64,000 nt of DNA, from positions 992,001 through 1,056,000 of the forward strand of contig CAWFAK010000017.1 of NCBI GenBank assembly GCA_963813715.1, written 5' to 3'. Shown piece after piece: positions 1 through 11,139 of the stretch. Under the pieces are notes generated by a model, which was given only the letters and a program-made list of their open reading frames with translations, was not told the DNA's origin and ran no database searches. Positions within the stretch are counted from its first letter, which is position 1; the number at the start of each line of letters is the position of its first letter. The DNA is from an uncultured Planctomycetaceae bacterium. GTDB taxonomy: Bacteria > Planctomycetota > Planctomycetia > Planctomycetales > Planctomycetaceae. The translations under genes were made by a program, and so were the position numbers.

Positions 1-159
1 CGTGTAGCGCTTCATCTCCTTGGGAATGAGCGCGTCCCCGGGGTCGGCGGGCGGTTCGACAGCCTGAAGCGGTGCGGCCCAGCAAATCAGCAACGCCACG
101 GTGGCCGCGAGAATCACTCGGACTTGCCCCAGACGAAGGCTGGGCACTAACTTCGACAT
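1..159 (-). CDS. 5' end of an exported protein (runs off window), possibly formylglycine-generating-enzyme (SUMF1) family
   Basis: Manual translation from ATG 159: MSKLVPSLRLGQVRVILAATVALLICWAAPLQA|VEPPADPGDALIPKEMKRYT. Signal peptide is clear; family guess rests only on EMKxYT and adjacency to apbE. Confidence 0.5.
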   Translation of the reverse strand, partial: MSKLVPSLRLGQVRVILAATVALLICWAAPLQAVEPPADPGDALIPKEMKRYT

Positions 160-250
160 AGCGAAACGACTTTCACAGAGACAATTGAACAAGGGCGGTC
201 GAACTCGTTCGGACGGTTGAACAGAGTCGAGACCACCAATTCGGACAAAC

Positions 251-1287
251 ATGAATACCACGGCGGCCATCATGCTGCTGGCGGGAGCCGTCATTCCGGC
301 GGGGTCGGCGGCTGGCGGGTTGGAGCGCTTGGAGTTCCGGCAAATCCTGATGGGGGTGCCGGTTCAGATCTCAGTATATGCCGCTGATAAACAGGCCGCA
401 AACGCCGCCGTCCACGCAGCCTTCGACCGAATTCGCCAGCTCAATTTGATCTTCAGCGACTACGACGAAGACAGCGAAATTTCGCAGCTGACCCGTCGCG
501 CTCTGCCGGGAAAACTGGTTTCGATTAGCCCGGAGCTGGCCAAGGTCCTCGATGCTTCGCTCCAGATCTCTCGGCAGTCGGGCGGAGCTTTCGACGTTAG
601 CGTCGGACCCGCTCGTCAAGTTGTGGCGGGCATCGCGGCGCTCGAAGCGGCTACCGACGGCTGAGGAACTCGCTGCCGCCAGAAAACGCGTCGGCTACGC
701 GAGCATTCATCTCGACGTCGGCCGTCGCACGGTGACGTTCGACAAAACGGGCATGCAGCTCGATTTCGGCGGCATCGTGAAAGGCTATGCCGCGGATGAA
801 GCGCGGGCCGTGTTGCGAGCGCACGGATTCAGTCAGGCACTGGTGGCGCTGTCAGGCGATATTTCCGTGGGCGACCCGCCACCCGGAGAATCGGGATGGA
901 AAATCGGAGTCGGAGGACTCGAGCCGCCTGACGCTCAGCCGAGGGAATTCATCTCGTTAGCGAATCGAGCCGTTTCGACTGCCGGCGATGCCTACCAATT
1001 CGTCGAGATCGGCGGCAAGCACTACTCGCACCTGGTCGATCCGCACACCGGCTTGGGGATTACGCGGCGCGTGAGCGTCACCGTGATTGCCCCCACGGGG
1101 CTCTTGTCGGACGGGCTCGACTCAACCGCCGCGATTCTGGGACCGGAGCGAGGACGTCGACTGCTGGAATCAGTTTCCGGCGTGAGCCCGCTATGCCGAG
1201 CTGACGCCGGAGGGCCCCAAGACTTTCGACGTGGGGCAATTCTCGCAGTATCTCGTGCGGCCGGCCAGAACCGAAAAACGACCCTGA
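251..1287 (+). CDS. apbE: FAD:protein FMN transferase (frameshifted ~610 and ~1188)
   Basis: SGGAFDVSVGP-LVKLW, LDFGGIVKGYAAD, AVSTAGD, YSHLVDPHTG, SDGLDST across ORFs 251..664 and 552..1325. Corrected frame ends at TGA 1285-1287. Confidence 0.9.
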
Positions 1288-1321
1288 GCGGCGCGGCGAA
1301 CGCTACTTCGCGGGCAACCGA

Positions 1322-2531
1322 CTAGCTCGAACGACGTCGCGTGCTGCGACCGGACGAATCGGCGGTGGCCCGCTCCGTCGTCTCGACATGCACCGTGCCG
1401 AAGACCTGGTACATCGTGGTAAGCGGGACGTGGAAAATCCCGTGCTCGGCCGCGAAGCCGTTCTCGCGTCCTTCCGACCCTTTGGGGTGGAAGGTCTGAC
1501 CCCAAGGGTTCCAAACCGTGACGCTGTCCTCCTTCGCATCGAAGGCCGTAATCGCGTACGCGTGGTGGTAGCCGAGGCCCGGAACCTTGGGCCGGTCGGT
1601 GGTGGTGCGCGCCCATCTCCAAGCCGACCATCCGGCCGTGAGCCAGCGTGACCGACAGGTCGTGACGCAATTCTTGCAGACGGGCGGACGCCTGTTTCGG
1701 CTCGCGCAGTTTGATCACTTTCGCCTTGTGGCCGGAGTACAACGTCATCACCGCGGCCGTGCTGCCGCCGAAGGCCATTGCGTCGGTCGGCTCAGCGGTG
1801 CGCTTTGCGGGATCTTTGGAGATCTTTCGCAGCCGTTCCCCGATCGCTTTTTCCAGGACACAGAGCCAGATTCCGTCTGACAGGCTGCTCGACGAATTGT
1901 TGATGAGCAGCTCGGCCTCCGTGGGAGCGGAGACCGGGAAGGTTTCACCATCCAGGAATTGGACCGTGTAATTTCCGTTGGGGCCTGACTGGATCATGTG
2001 CCGAATTTTGTTCGGATGCTTCAAGGCCAGGTAGCCCGTCATGCAGAAGAAGTAGCAGTCGCCGATCGGACCCTGCTTCATCACGGAGAAGTCCGGCCCT
2101 TCGCCGGCATACAGCTTGGGAACCAGAGTTTGCAGCGTCTTGCGATAACGCCGGAACTGCGTCTCAGAGTGGAACGGTTTCGGAGGGCCCTTAGCCGGAT
2201 CGATGGCGGCACCGTCATCCGTCAGCGAGTCCAAGCCGTCCACGTCCTGCGACGTGAGTGTGAAGCCCTTGCGAATGGAGGCGGGCGTGCGGCGCTCGCG
2301 GAGTTTCAGCACTGCCAGGGCCGCGGCCGCGTCGCCGTGAATCGACCGCTTGGTCATCAGTGTGTCGATTTCGCGCGCTTCGAGCTTGCCGTCGTGATCG
2401 AGGTCCCAGGCCTCGAAATGGTCGTGCACCACGTCGGCGAATTGCGGCGAAGACGGCGACGGCGGCGTTTTCGCCTGCGCAACCGCGACAGTGACCGCAA
2501 GCACTAAAGACGGTACGAGCGCAAATCTCAT
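1322..2531 (-). CDS. Secreted calpain-like (C2) cysteine peptidase with N-terminal EF-hand (frameshift ~1590)
   Basis: Signal peptide; EF-hand loop DLDHDGKLEARE; KQGPIGDCYF; W-x3-LEKA; after a frame change HHAYAI and VWNPWG, then TAG at 1322. Confidence 0.85.
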
Positions 2532-2649
2532 GGCATCATCCGGCTGTTGCGATTTCACCGCGTGTCGGACGATCCGACTAACTTCTGATCATCGTACGTT
2601 GGGCGGCGAGAATTCGCTGCGCATCAATTCAAGTTTTTAACTCTGGCAA

Positions 2650-2664
2650 GCAGCGTTCTTGCCA
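2650..2664 (-). promoter_or_regulatory. Candidate sigma-54 -24/-12 promoter of the calpain-like gene
   Basis: Minus strand TGGCAAGAACGCTGC (GG-N10-GC), inside the inverted repeat CTGGCAAG-N7-CTTGCCAG. Confidence 0.5.
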
Positions 2665-2717
2665 GCAGACGTTTAAACGGTGCGCACGGATCATTTTTCG
2701 CATGACTCTGCGCATTC

Positions 2718-4064
2718 TTAGGTTTCGTTCGCGAGGTTGGACTGCGGAGCGGCCCGGTTCGGGGAGCGATCCATTCTCAGTGTGACTTCGCGCAAGGAAT
2801 CGTAAATCGGCGCGTTGTTCAGCAACGTTGGCACCAGCATCGCGGCAAAGCAGGCAGCCAGCATCGGAAGAAGGAGAGTGAAGTTTGCCGTCATCTCGGT
2901 GACAAGGACAATGCCCGTCACGGGCGGCCCGTACGGCTCCGGTGAAGAACGCGGCCATTCCCACGACCGCAAGGGCCTTGGGGTCGGGGACGGCGTCCGG
3001 CACCCAGTGTTGGCACAACAGACCAAACAGCAGGCCGCTCTGCGCCGAGCACCAGGAGCGGCGCGAACAGACCGCCCGGCGTTCCGGCCGAGTAGGAAAT
3101 TGCACCCAGAGCGAGTCGCAGTACGAACACCGCGAAGAGCCAGCGCCACGACTCGCTCGCGGCCAGCGTCCGCTCGGTGATCGCGTCGCCGCCGCCGACA
3201 AGATTCGGATGAAACCACGCCAGCAATCCCACCAAGCCGCCGATGATTGCCGGCGCAGCTCGACGGGCAAATGGCGCAGTCTCGCAGTCGCGGAGAGGGC
3301 GCCAGTGTTGTTCTGTTGTAGAGGACGCCCAGCAGCCCGGCGACGACTCCCAACGACAGGTAGAGTGGCACCGTAGCAAAGCCAGGATAAGGCTGCAGTT
3401 CGACGGCAAAATCCGGCCGGTCTCCGAGCATAAGTCGGCTGACTGCAATCGCGCCGGTCGACGCACCGAAGGTGGCGATCGCGATCCGCGTATCGAACCG
3501 TCGGACCAATTCTTCCAGGACGAAGATTGCTCCGGCGATCGGCGCATTGAAAGCCGTCGCGAGACCGGCTCCGGCCCCAGCAGCGAGCAGGACCAAGCGA
3601 TCGGATGAATCCCGACGAAAGATCGTCCCCAGGAAGTGAGCTGCGCTTGCCCCCATCTGCACGCTCGGTCCTTCGCGGCCCAAGGCCAGCCCCGAACCGA
3701 TCGCCAAAATTCCGCCGATGAACTTGACCGGGATGAGCCAAACGGTGGTCTGCGGCAGTTGTTTGAGAATCACGGCTTCGACGTGCGGAATTCCGCTGCC
3801 GGACGCGTATGGCGCAAAGCGACGCACCAGCCACGCGGCCAGCGCCACCGCCGCGGCGCAGCCCGCGATCACCAAGACTAAACCGACCAAATGGAACGGT
3901 TGTGCGCGGGTGATCGCAGTTGCTCGCAGCCCGTCGGCCCAACCCAGGGCCAACCGGAACCACGCACCGATCAGGCCCGCCGCCGCACCGGAGACAAAAG
4001 ACAAAACGGCCAGCATCGCCAGGCTGTCTGGCTGCTTTCCGAGCTGCTCCGGTTCGTTTGTCAT
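2718..4064 (-). CDS. clcA: ClC-family H+/Cl- exchange transporter (several frameshifts ~2930-3300)
   Basis: GSGIP, GREGP, AFNAPIAG, FVLEEL, GGLFAP (alternative frame 2918..3547), PIYD. Confidence 0.92.
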   Translation of the reverse strand: MTNEPEQLGKQPDSLAMLAVLSFVSGAAAGLIGAWFRLALGWADGLRATAITRAQPFHLVGLVLVIAGCAAAVALAAWLVRRFAPYASGSGIPHVEAVILKQLPQTTVWLIPVKFIGGILAIGSGLALGREGPSVQMGASAAHFLGTIFRRDSSDRLVLLAAGAGAGLATAFNAPIAGAIFVLEELVRRFDTRIAIATFGASTGAIAVSRLMLGDRPDFAVELQPYPGFATVPLYLSLGVVAGLLGVLYNRTTLAPSPRLRDCAICPSSCAGNHRRLGGIAGVVSSESCRRRRRDHRADAGRERVVALALRGVRTATRSGCNFLLGRNAGRSVRAAPGARRRAACCLVCCANTGCRTPSPTPRPLRSWEWPRSSPEPYGPPVTGIVLVTEMTANFTLLLPMLAACFAAMLVPTLLNNAPIYDSLREVTLRMDRSPNRAAPQSNLANET

Positions 4065-4253
4065 CAGAGTTCCTAAAATACGATCGCAGCTCGCGATGAC
4101 AGGCTAAGTCTCGATCGCGACAATGCCCGTGTTACGAAGCTCACAGATTCTGGCCGCAACGATCGCGCGCCGCTAGCTCCCGCCGACGCCGCCTCGAGAC
4201 TAAAGTACGGGAAGGGCTGTTTTTGCTTCCGCGTTCCAAATCCGGAAAACAGT

Positions 4254-5273
4254 TTGTCCACCGAGTATGACGCCATCCTGATCGTCGGCTTTGGAGGGCC
4301 GGAGCGCCGCGAAGACGTGATTCCGTTTCTGGAAAACGTCACGCGCGGTCGCAACATCCCGCGCGAGCGGCTCTTGGCCGTGGCGGAGCACTATTATTAT
4401 TTCGGCGGCAAGAGTCCGCTGAACGATCAGGTTCGCGACTTGATCGGCGCCCTCCGCCCCGCGCTGGCCGAGCGCGGCATCCAGCTCCCCATCGCCTGGG
4501 GCAATCGCAATTGGCATCCGTTGCTGGCGGACGCCGTGCAAGAATTGACGAATGGCGGCGCGCGGCGAGTGCTGGCCCTGGTGTTGGCGGCCTACAGCTC
4601 CTATTCGAGTTGCCACCAGTATCGAGAAGACATTGAGCGGGCTCGGGGCGCCGTCGGATCGAATGCGCCGGTTGTGGAGAAGATTCGCGTCTTTTTCAAC
4701 CACCCGGGGTTCGTCGCAGCGAATTCCGATCGACTCCGTGCCGCACTGGAGGCGATTCCCGTCGAGCGACGTCCCCGGTCGCACATTGCCTTTACGGCCC
4801 ACAGCATTCCGCAGTCGATGGCGCAAACTTCGCGCTACGCCGAGCAATTAAACGAAACTTGCCGCCTCGTCTGCGAACTCCTGGGCATTGCGTCGGAGCG
4901 TTGGGCGCTGGTCTATCAAAGCCGCAGCGGACGGCCCGCTGATCCGTGGCTCGAACCGGATATCTGTGACCACCTGGCTGCTTTGGCGGCAGAGGGAGTT
5001 GCCGACGTCGCAGTCCTGCCGATTGGATTTCTCTCCGATCATCTGGAGGTCTTGTACGACATCGACGTCGAGGCAGAGGATAAGAGTCGCGAGCTGGGCC
5101 TGAATCTCGTCCGCGCAGCGACGGTCGGGACGCACCCGCTTTTTGTGGCGGCGCTCGCCGACCTGGTCGAGGAACGGGTGCGATCGTTGCCCGAGCGGCC
5201 CGCGGTCGGCAGGCTCGATGCCTGTCCCGATCAGTGTCCTGTCGATTGTTGCCCGGCTCCAAGACGCGGCTGA
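4254..5273 (+). CDS. hemH: Ferrochelatase
   Basis: FGGPE, GGKSPLN, FTAHSIP, YQSRSG-PWLEPD, GFLSDHLEVLYDID; Cys-rich C-terminus CPDQCPVDCC. Confidence 0.95.
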   Translation: MSTEYDAILIVGFGGPERREDVIPFLENVTRGRNIPRERLLAVAEHYYYFGGKSPLNDQVRDLIGALRPALAERGIQLPIAWGNRNWHPLLADAVQELTNGGARRVLALVLAAYSSYSSCHQYREDIERARGAVGSNAPVVEKIRVFFNHPGFVAANSDRLRAALEAIPVERRPRSHIAFTAHSIPQSMAQTSRYAEQLNETCRLVCELLGIASERWALVYQSRSGRPADPWLEPDICDHLAALAAEGVADVAVLPIGFLSDHLEVLYDIDVEAEDKSRELGLNLVRAATVGTHPLFVAALADLVEERVRSLPERPAVGRLDACPDQCPVDCCPAPRRG

Positions 5274-5377
5274 TCGCCCCACGGAGCAATACGCGATTCC
5301 CAGCCGCGAATTGCCGCGGTATTCTAGCTTGATTGGAGGTTCTCGATTGCGTTTCGGAATTGGGACGGAGATGCGCG

Positions 5378-7268
5378 ATGAAAGATCGTAGTGCGCAGTT
5401 CGCTAGCGGATGCACATGGTTGGCGGCCGGTGTGGCGTTACTTCTGGGCGTGAGGGCGACGGCGGTCGTCGCTCCCCCCCAACCGCCGGCGACTCAATCC
5501 GAGACGACTCGCGCGGTGTCGCGGCGCTTTGCGGCGAAGCCGATCACTGAACCGCTCACGTATAAGCAGCAAAAGGATGCAGTCTTCGGCGAGGCCGACG
5601 GAGTCGGGCTGCCGATGGACATTTTCCAGCCGATCGGCAAACGCAACGGCCTGGCGTTGATCGACGTCGTTTCCGGCGCGTGGTTCACCGATCGGGGAAA
5701 GATCCGGGATCACGAGCAGGCGCAGTTCTTCCAAACGTTCTGTGGTCGCGGCTATACGGTCTTTGCAATTCGCCCGGGCTCCCGGTCACGGTTTAGCGCC
5801 CCGGAGATGGTGCAAAACCTTCGCAAGGGCATCCATTGGGTTCGCGATCACGCGATCGAATACGGCATCGATCCTGACCACATGGCCATCTGCGGCGCTT
5901 CCGCGGGCGGACACCTCGCCTGCCTGGCGATGGTGACGCCCGATGTCGCGAAGGATGGCAAGGTGATTCAGCCGTTTTCTGCCGCGCTGATCTTTTTCCC
6001 GCCGACCGACTTCCTGGAGTGGGGCGGTTACTCGATCGATTACTCGAAGGACAACGAGTGGGGCCACTTGGTGCAGAGCCTGGCGCTCTCTCGCGAAGAG
6101 CGACTTAAACAACCCCTGTCTAAGAAAGATCTGGCCGAACGGGTGCGACGGATTTCGCCGGCCCGGCTGGTCAACGGCAAGCTACCTCCCTTTCTGATCA
6201 TCCATGGCGACACCGATCCACTCGTGCCGATGCAGCAATCGCAGGTTTTCGTCAAAGCGCTGCAGGCGGCCGGAACCGACGTGCAGCTGATCGTGAAGCC
6301 TGGCGGCGGACATCCCTGGCCCACCATTCATGAAGAAGTGGCCGTGATGGCGGACTGGCTCGACAAGCGGCTCACTGCCAAGTCGGTGCCGGACCTCAAA
6401 CCCGCGCCGCCAGTCGCTAAGCGCACACGGCTCTACAATCAGCAGGAGGACGTGGTCTACGGAGAGGACGACGGTTCCGTGCTGGTAATGGACGTCTTCA
6501 CGCCAACGGGGCCGAAGAACGGCTTGGGCATCGTCGATGTGGCATCGGGTTCGTGGCGTTCCGACCGCAGCAAGATTCGCGATCACAAGCTCGCCCAGGT
6601 CTACGACATCTTTTGCGGTCGCGGATATACCGTTTTCGCCGTGCGGCCTGGCTCCATCACCTCATGGACAATTCCGGAAATGGTGCGGCACTTGCGGACC
6701 GGAACGCGCTACATTCGCGCGGCACGCGGCCCAATATGGAATCGACGCCGACAACTTGGGAATTACCGGTGGCTCGGCGGGCGCCCATTTGGCCGCACTG
6801 ATGATCGTTTCAACGCCGCGGGACGCCGCCGGCAACGTGCCGCAGCCCTTCAAGGCGGTCGGGATTTTCTTCCCGCCCACTGATTTCCTGCACTATCACG
6901 GCAACACGGCCGACTTTGGGAAGGACGAACGCTCGGCGCGGCAAATCCGCGAGATGGTCGGCTCCGACAGCGAGGGAATCCCGCAAAAAATTGATTCGGC
7001 CAAGCTTACCGAGTTGGCGCGACAGATTTCACCGGCCTTGTTGGTCGTCCGCAAGCAGCCGCCGTTTCTGATCATTCACGGCGACGCGGATCCGCTCGTG
7101 CCTCTCCACCAGTCCGAGATCCTGATCGAAGCACTCAAAAAGGCCGGCGGGCAAGCCGAGTTAATCGTCAAACCGGGCGGCGGCCATCCCTGGCTCACAA
7201 TTCACGAAGAAGTGAAGGTGATGGCCGATTGGTTTGACAAAGAGCTGAAGGGATCTCGCGCGCACTAA
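5378..7268 (+). CDS. Exported protein with two tandem alpha/beta-hydrolase (esterase) domains (frameshift ~6725)
   Basis: GASAGGH / HGDTD / GGGHPW, repeated as GGSAGAH / HGDAD / GGGHPW; N-terminal signal-like segment. Confidence 0.88.
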
Positions 7269-7325
7269 ACCGCACGATACCCCGCCGTAAGCGCTTCGGC
7301 AGCCAAGCGCCGCGGCCGCTGTGCG

Positions 7326-8759
7326 TCAGTTGCCGAAACAGAACAGCGACTTGCTCGTCCGGACGTAAAGCCGACCGTCAGCAATTGCCGGCGTGGCGAC
7401 GCAGGGTTCGCCGAGCTCAATCGTCTTCACCTGTTGCCAATCGCGTCCGGCTATGACGACACTCAGCCAGCCGTCAGCGTCAACAAGATAGATCAGCCCG
7501 TCTGCCGCCACCGGCGAGGCATCGACCTGGTGTCCGCCCGGTTTCAGCCGCGCCTGCTTGACCAGTTTTCCGGTCTCCGCCTCGAACGCAGACAGAATTC
7601 CGCCGTCCTTCACCACGTAGACCAAATCGTCGTAAACGAGAGCCGACGGGATGGTCGGCATGCCTTTGCGATACGACCAGCGGACGTGTGTTTGAGTGGC
7701 ATCTCCGGATCCGCCAAGATCGAGCGCGACGAGTCCCCCCTTGTTGACCATTCCGCCGAAGGCCTTGTCCCATTCGGCCGCCCCAATCGCGCCCGAGTGA
7801 TTGCCCCAGCCCGAATCGATCCGTTCGACGAGCCGCTTCATCGGGACGTTCGACTTCACTTCGTCCAGGGAGATTTTTCCGTCCTTGTTTTTGTCGAACG
7901 ACGCCATGAGAGAGAATGGGACGGCTTCGCCGACGTCCTCGCAAACGAAAACGCGGTCGTGCCAGATCACGGGCACCGAGATCGGCGAGTTGGTGACGCC
8001 ATTGATCCACCACAGTCTTTTGCCGGTCAGCGGATCGTAGGCGACGACTTCGAGCGGCCCCGAAACAATGAGCTGCGGCGGTCCGTTCTTCGGGTGATAA
8101 ACAGACGGCGTCGAGTAGCCCCCTGTGAGCCCGTCAGCACGCTCGGACTTCCACGCAATCTGGCCGTTCTCGATTTTGAGGGCCGCAATGTACGAGCCGG
8201 CCAATTGATCGGCCAGCACGATCACCAGGTTGTCGATCGTCATCAAGGAGCTGGCGATGCCGTGCATGCTGTGGAACGGCTGCATGTCGATTCGCCACCG
8301 TTCGACCCCCGCGGCGGTGTAGCAGATCACACCGACGTCGGGATACAGAACGAACACGAAGTCGCCATTCGTCACGGGAGTCGGCGTGGCCGGCCCATTC
8401 GGCGGGGTGGCATTCTCCTGGCGGATCCTTTTCACCGTCTGGACCCAGTGCACCTTGCCCGTCGCCGCATCGAGGCAGTGCAGCGTGCGCTGATCGCCGT
8501 CGAACGACGAAAAGTAGAGTTGTCCGCCGGCCACGATCGGCGACGACGAGCCGTGTGAAGAGGCGACTTTCCAGCGGACGTCTTTCCCCGAGCCGAAGTC
8601 GGCCGGGAGCCCGCGCGACGTGGAGACGCCGCTGCCGTTCTTGCCGCGAAACCGGGGCCAATCCTCGCCGCCGCGAGCGCCGTTGGCCAGCACAGCCGAC
8701 ACCAGCAAGACGCCCAAATGCGCGCGGTTCGAGAGAGAGTGCATTGGCGGCTTCCGCAA
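7326..8759 (-). CDS. PQQ-binding-like (BamB-like) beta-propeller protein with inserted EF-hand
   Basis: DWPRFRG, SSPIV, YSTP, ASPVAADG, ATPAIADGRLYVRT; DKNKDGKISLDE. Start may be the downstream Met (MHSLS). Confidence 0.88.
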   Translation of the reverse strand: MRKPPMHSLSNRAHLGVLLVSAVLANGARGGEDWPRFRGKNGSGVSTSRGLPADFGSGKDVRWKVASSHGSSSPIVAGGQLYFSSFDGDQRTLHCLDAATGKVHWVQTVKRIRQENATPPNGPATPTPVTNGDFVFVLYPDVGVICYTAAGVERWRIDMQPFHSMHGIASSLMTIDNLVIVLADQLAGSYIAALKIENGQIAWKSERADGLTGGYSTPSVYHPKNGPPQLIVSGPLEVVAYDPLTGKRLWWINGVTNSPISVPVIWHDRVFVCEDVGEAVPFSLMASFDKNKDGKISLDEVKSNVPMKRLVERIDSGWGNHSGAIGAAEWDKAFGGMVNKGGLVALDLGGSGDATQTHVRWSYRKGMPTIPSALVYDDLVYVVKDGGILSAFEAETGKLVKQARLKPGGHQVDASPVAADGLIYLVDADGWLSVVIAGRDWQQVKTIELGEPCVATPAIADGRLYVRTSKSLFCFGN

Positions 8760-8907
8760 AAAGAGTCGGGGTTCGGGACGGATTCTGCAACGCCGCTACA
8801 TCCTTGCCAGTCTGCGGGGAAGCGTCAAGCAGCGCCCTGCACAGCTAGCGCGACGGCTCGCGGCACAGTGGAACCCAGTCACAGTCAAAACTCAGCACAG
8901 TGGAGAC

Positions 8908-9594
8908 TCAGTAATCGCGCTCTGCCGCCTCGAGCAAGATGACGCTCGTCAGCAAGGCGCCCACGAGCACCAGCAAGGGCAGACCCAGCAGCCACCAATC
9001 CGGCACGTACTGCAGGAAGAACGCGCAGGGCGCCACGGCCACCAGCGGCAGCAATCGCGAGCCGTACCAGAGGGCCGGGCGAATCCCGGTCAGGAACGCG
9101 CCCAAATAGAGAAGCGGCATCGTGAGCCAGATCTGAAACACCGGCCGGGCCATCGACCATGCAAAGGGGGCGGGGTGAGTTCCCGGAGTCGACGCCCAGG
9201 CTCCATACGCGACGAGCGGCAGCAGCGAGCAGCCCAGCAGCATGCCACCTCCGACAAGAAGCTTTGACAAGAAGATGTTGGACCGCGAAAGGGGGAGATG
9301 CAGCAGGTAGTGCGCCGTTCCCTGGCTCGGCTCCCAGGCCGACTGCCGCAATCCGAGCACGATCGCCAATCCGGCCGCCACGAACGTGTAGGGAGTCTGA
9401 AAGCTGTCGTGCAGGAACGGAAACACCGACGGGCAGGCGCACGGTTTTAATCCGGGGATCCACCCCAGAAGGTAACTCAGCAGCGGGCTCCACTTTCCGA
9501 TCTGATTGCAGACGAGGCCGGCGAAGAGCGCGACGCCAAGCGCCGCGAACGTCCACGTCTCCCGCAATTCTTTGAGAGCAATCGCCCGAAACAT
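8908..9594 (-). CDS. ABC transporter permease
   Basis: KELRE N-terminus, several TM helices, YLLHLPLSR...SKLL; last gene of the GntR-ABC operon. Confidence 0.75.
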   Translation of the reverse strand: MFRAIALKELRETWTFAALGVALFAGLVCNQIGKWSPLLSYLLGWIPGLKPCACPSVFPFLHDSFQTPYTFVAAGLAIVLGLRQSAWEPSQGTAHYLLHLPLSRSNIFLSKLLVGGGMLLGCSLLPLVAYGAWASTPGTHPAPFAWSMARPVFQIWLTMPLLYLGAFLTGIRPALWYGSRLLPLVAVAPCAFFLQYVPDWWLLGLPLLVLVGALLTSVILLEAAERDY

Positions 9595-9660
9595 TTTCTT
9601 TCCTTCCTATTGTCCCCCGCGGCAAGTCGCTCGGCCGGCCGAGTCACCGGGCGACGTTCA

Positions 9661-11139
9661 TCAGGCGAAGACCTCGGTCCCCTTCGGAATCGGTCCCGGA
9701 AAGCGTTTCAAGCACCAGGCGCAAGCTCCCGTTGCGAGCGGAGTCGATCGCCAGGCAATGAGGACACTTTTGACGCAGCGGCCAACGGCGGTGGAGCAGG
9801 TAGCCCGCAAATCCGGGAACTCCCATCAGCGCGACAAAAACCCACCAGACGAGTCGCTCATGCAGCGGCAGCGCGAAGCGCTCACAGTGTCGCCACGTCG
9901 CGGTGGCCAGCGCCAAAGAGACGAGGGCAACGCCGACCAGCGAAAGCCACGATTGCCCCAGCATCAGGCGCCAGCCGTCTAGATAACTGTTTGTCATGTC
10001 CCCGAGGACCATGAGCAGCGGTTGAAGGGCAGGAAAGACGGCCGGCACCGGGACCGCCCAGGCCAGCAGCAGCCCCTCACTCCTTTCATTCCATGCGAGA
10101 TCGCCGATCTGGGTTTCCACGTCTTGTTGCTTTTGCACCACTCCGGCGGGTGACAGCCAGTAGACCCTGTCGCGCATGATGTTTCCCTCCCAGCCGCGGC
10201 GGATCGTCATGACGATCTGTCCGTCGGAGAGGAGGTAAACGATCACGACGCGCTTCCGTTCGGATTCGTCGGAGCACGGCAGCGTCCAGATCACGCGGTG
10301 ATCGTCGGCGAGGCCGGAGATGCTCCGCTCAGTCCGCACCAGAATTGCAGGCCGCTGCGTCGGCGCGGGCGCAACCCGCTTGGCTCGTTAATCAAATTGA
10401 TTCCGACAATCGGAGAGTCGCCTTCGAAGACCGTCCGCACGGTTTGTTGGGCCAAATCGACGAGCTGCACGCGATTGCCGGAGGGAACGTAAATCAGGTG
10501 CGCGGGGATCCGCGACTTGATCTGATACCGTTCGCGCTCGACTTGCCCGCTGTCCTCGTCCAATCGAACCGAGCTCCACTGGTTCCAAATCAGGCGATCG
10601 CGCTCGACGGGAAACCACTGCTCCGTGGGGAGGGGGTTGCGGCTGAATCCCGAGTCGCCGATGAAGCCGATGCGGTCGAAGGTCGCCCAATTATATCCGA
10701 CGAAATACCCCGAGCCTTGCTCCTTGCCGTCGTGGATAAAGAACCAGTGGTTCGACGCGTGCTGATCGTCTTCGAACGCCTTGAGTCTCCATTTCCAGTC
10801 GACTCGGCCCGAGCTCAAAAAGTCGTTGATTCCTTCCTGACCTTGGGTCCCCATGAGCCCGATCGGCAGAATGAGCGTGGGCTGTTTCGGGTCGGCAAGC
10901 GGCCGACCATCGAGATCGCGGTAGCCTTCGACCGCGCGACCGCGTCGCGTTTCAATCAACGGTTGCCCATCGCTGCGGACCACGATCGATTCGCGAGCCC
11001 GCGATTCTCTGCGGAAGCACGCTTCCAAGACGATCGTGCCGAGAACTGCGACCGCGATCAGCCACAGCACTCCAAATCCGGTCGCCAGAACGGTCGCCGC
11101 CAAGAGCCGCCGCAGGAGCAAAAGCGATTCACTCTTCAT
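9661..11139 (-). CDS. ABC-associated membrane protein with large extracytoplasmic domain and C-terminal Zn ribbon (frameshifts ~10340, ~9745)
   Basis: Joins ORFs 10291..11244 and 9644..10339; corrected C-terminus reads CPHC...CAWCLKRFPGPIPKGTEVFA*. Confidence 0.7.
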
